Of a DNA stretch of 64,000 bases, positions 63,619 to 64,000 are shown piece after piece (position 1 is the stretch's first letter; every line of letters begins with the position of its first letter). Under the pieces are notes generated by a model that made no database searches, was not told where the DNA came from, and worked only from the letters and a program-made list of their open reading frames with translations. Both the position numbers and the translations under genes were made by a program. The stretch lies in assembly GCA_036171915.1 (NCBI GenBank), contig JAVHRY010000138.1:2890-66889 (forward strand), in the 5' to 3' direction. The stretch comes from Elusimicrobiales bacterium (GTDB taxonomy: Bacteria; Elusimicrobiota; Elusimicrobia; Elusimicrobiales; UBA9959).

Positions 63619-64000
63619 TTACGATACACTCTTTTCAGCCTGCCTGCGGGCGGCCTTTGCCAGCGTACAAGCCGGTACGTTGGGGGCAAAAACATCCCCC
63701 TCCTCCAGGAAACTCACTCCGGGGCAGCGGCTGCAGAACTCCAGCTCCCGGCAGGAAACGCACTTTACCAGGTCCGCCGCGCCGGCTGAGCGCCATTTTT
63801 TCAGCCAGGCGGATCTCTTCCACACTACGGAAAATTTATCGCGGGCCAGGTTCCCTAGCTTTACCGGCAGCTGCAGGCAAGGGTAAAGGTCCCCGCCGGG
63901 AGTTACCGCGCAGACATTGCGGCCGGCGCCGCACAGGAAGTCAAAAGCCGAAAGATGAGAACTTAAAGGCGCCGGGACGGAAGAGGCTGAAGGCTTTTCG
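63619..64000 (-). CDS. radical SAM protein, C-terminal SPASM domain (partial; gene runs off the right edge)
   Basis: The frame stays open to the window edge (the GTG-started ORF 63619..63825 is only its tail). My translation is ...FLCGAGRNVCAVTPGGDLYPCLQLPVKLGNLARDKFSVVWKRSAWLKKW...CVSCRELEFCSRCPGVSF..., i.e. the CGAG...V.P.G.(V/L)YPC ... C..C....C..C Cys pattern of SPASM/twitch auxiliary-cluster domains. Confidence 0.7.
   Translation of the reverse strand, partial: EKPSASSVPAPLSSHLSAFDFLCGAGRNVCAVTPGGDLYPCLQLPVKLGNLARDKFSVVWKRSAWLKKWRSAGAADLVKCVSCRELEFCSRCPGVSFLEEGDVFAPNVPACTLAKAARRQAEKSVS

Noticed and set aside
63619-63825. The track lists two overlapping 62-68-aa ORFs here as if they were small stand-alone genes.
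   Set aside because: One frame stays open upstream to the window edge and encodes a SPASM-domain Cys pattern. The 68-aa ORF is therefore just the tail of a truncated radical SAM gene, and the other is an alternative-frame artefact.

Overview
This is a visibly GC-rich bacterial chromosomal fragment (GC not computed; the taxon cannot be assigned from sequence alone). About 44% of the window is one uninterrupted minus-strand ORF (34779..62990, 28,212 nt). It encodes a 9,403-aa signal-peptide-bearing protein built from about 50 diverged copies of a ~110-aa module that I cannot assign to a known family. The copies fall into two ~24-copy arrays, each capped by two FN3 domains and a ~425-aa Trp-rich propeller-like module. 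After the arrays come two lamin-tail domains and a C-terminal PQQ-like beta-propeller. The giant gene sits in a co-directional string: radical SAM/SPASM protein (partial) -> Rrf2 regulator -> giant gene -> PQQ-propeller/FN3 protein with a T9SS-type C-terminal sorting-domain-like tail -> PorV/PorQ-like beta-barrel. A second cassette of the same kind (CTD-bearing FN3 protein plus PorV-like barrel) lies at 1372..6020. The rest of the window is ordinary housekeeping:
- a nine-gene hpf-hprK-rapZ-EIIABCD(Man)-ptsH-ptsI cluster
- lepA, lepB and metF
- a COG1579 zinc-ribbon protein, an RNase H-like protein and RNase P RNA (rnpB, found by eye; it is not an ORF)
- a multi-PAS hybrid histidine kinase with three receivers plus a separate Hpt protein
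- an M29 aminopeptidase, a HI0933-type flavoprotein and an ABC-2 transporter pair
- a truncated butyrate-kinase start at the left edge

Non-coding oddities:
- four tandem GGGACTTTGACA repeats in a divergent promoter region
- a perfect 30-bp inverted repeat just after rnpB
- a nested-inverted-repeat element inserted between the ABC ATPase and permease genes
- palindromes plus a sigma70-like promoter upstream of the Rrf2 gene

All family assignments rest on motifs read by eye. No database search was run.
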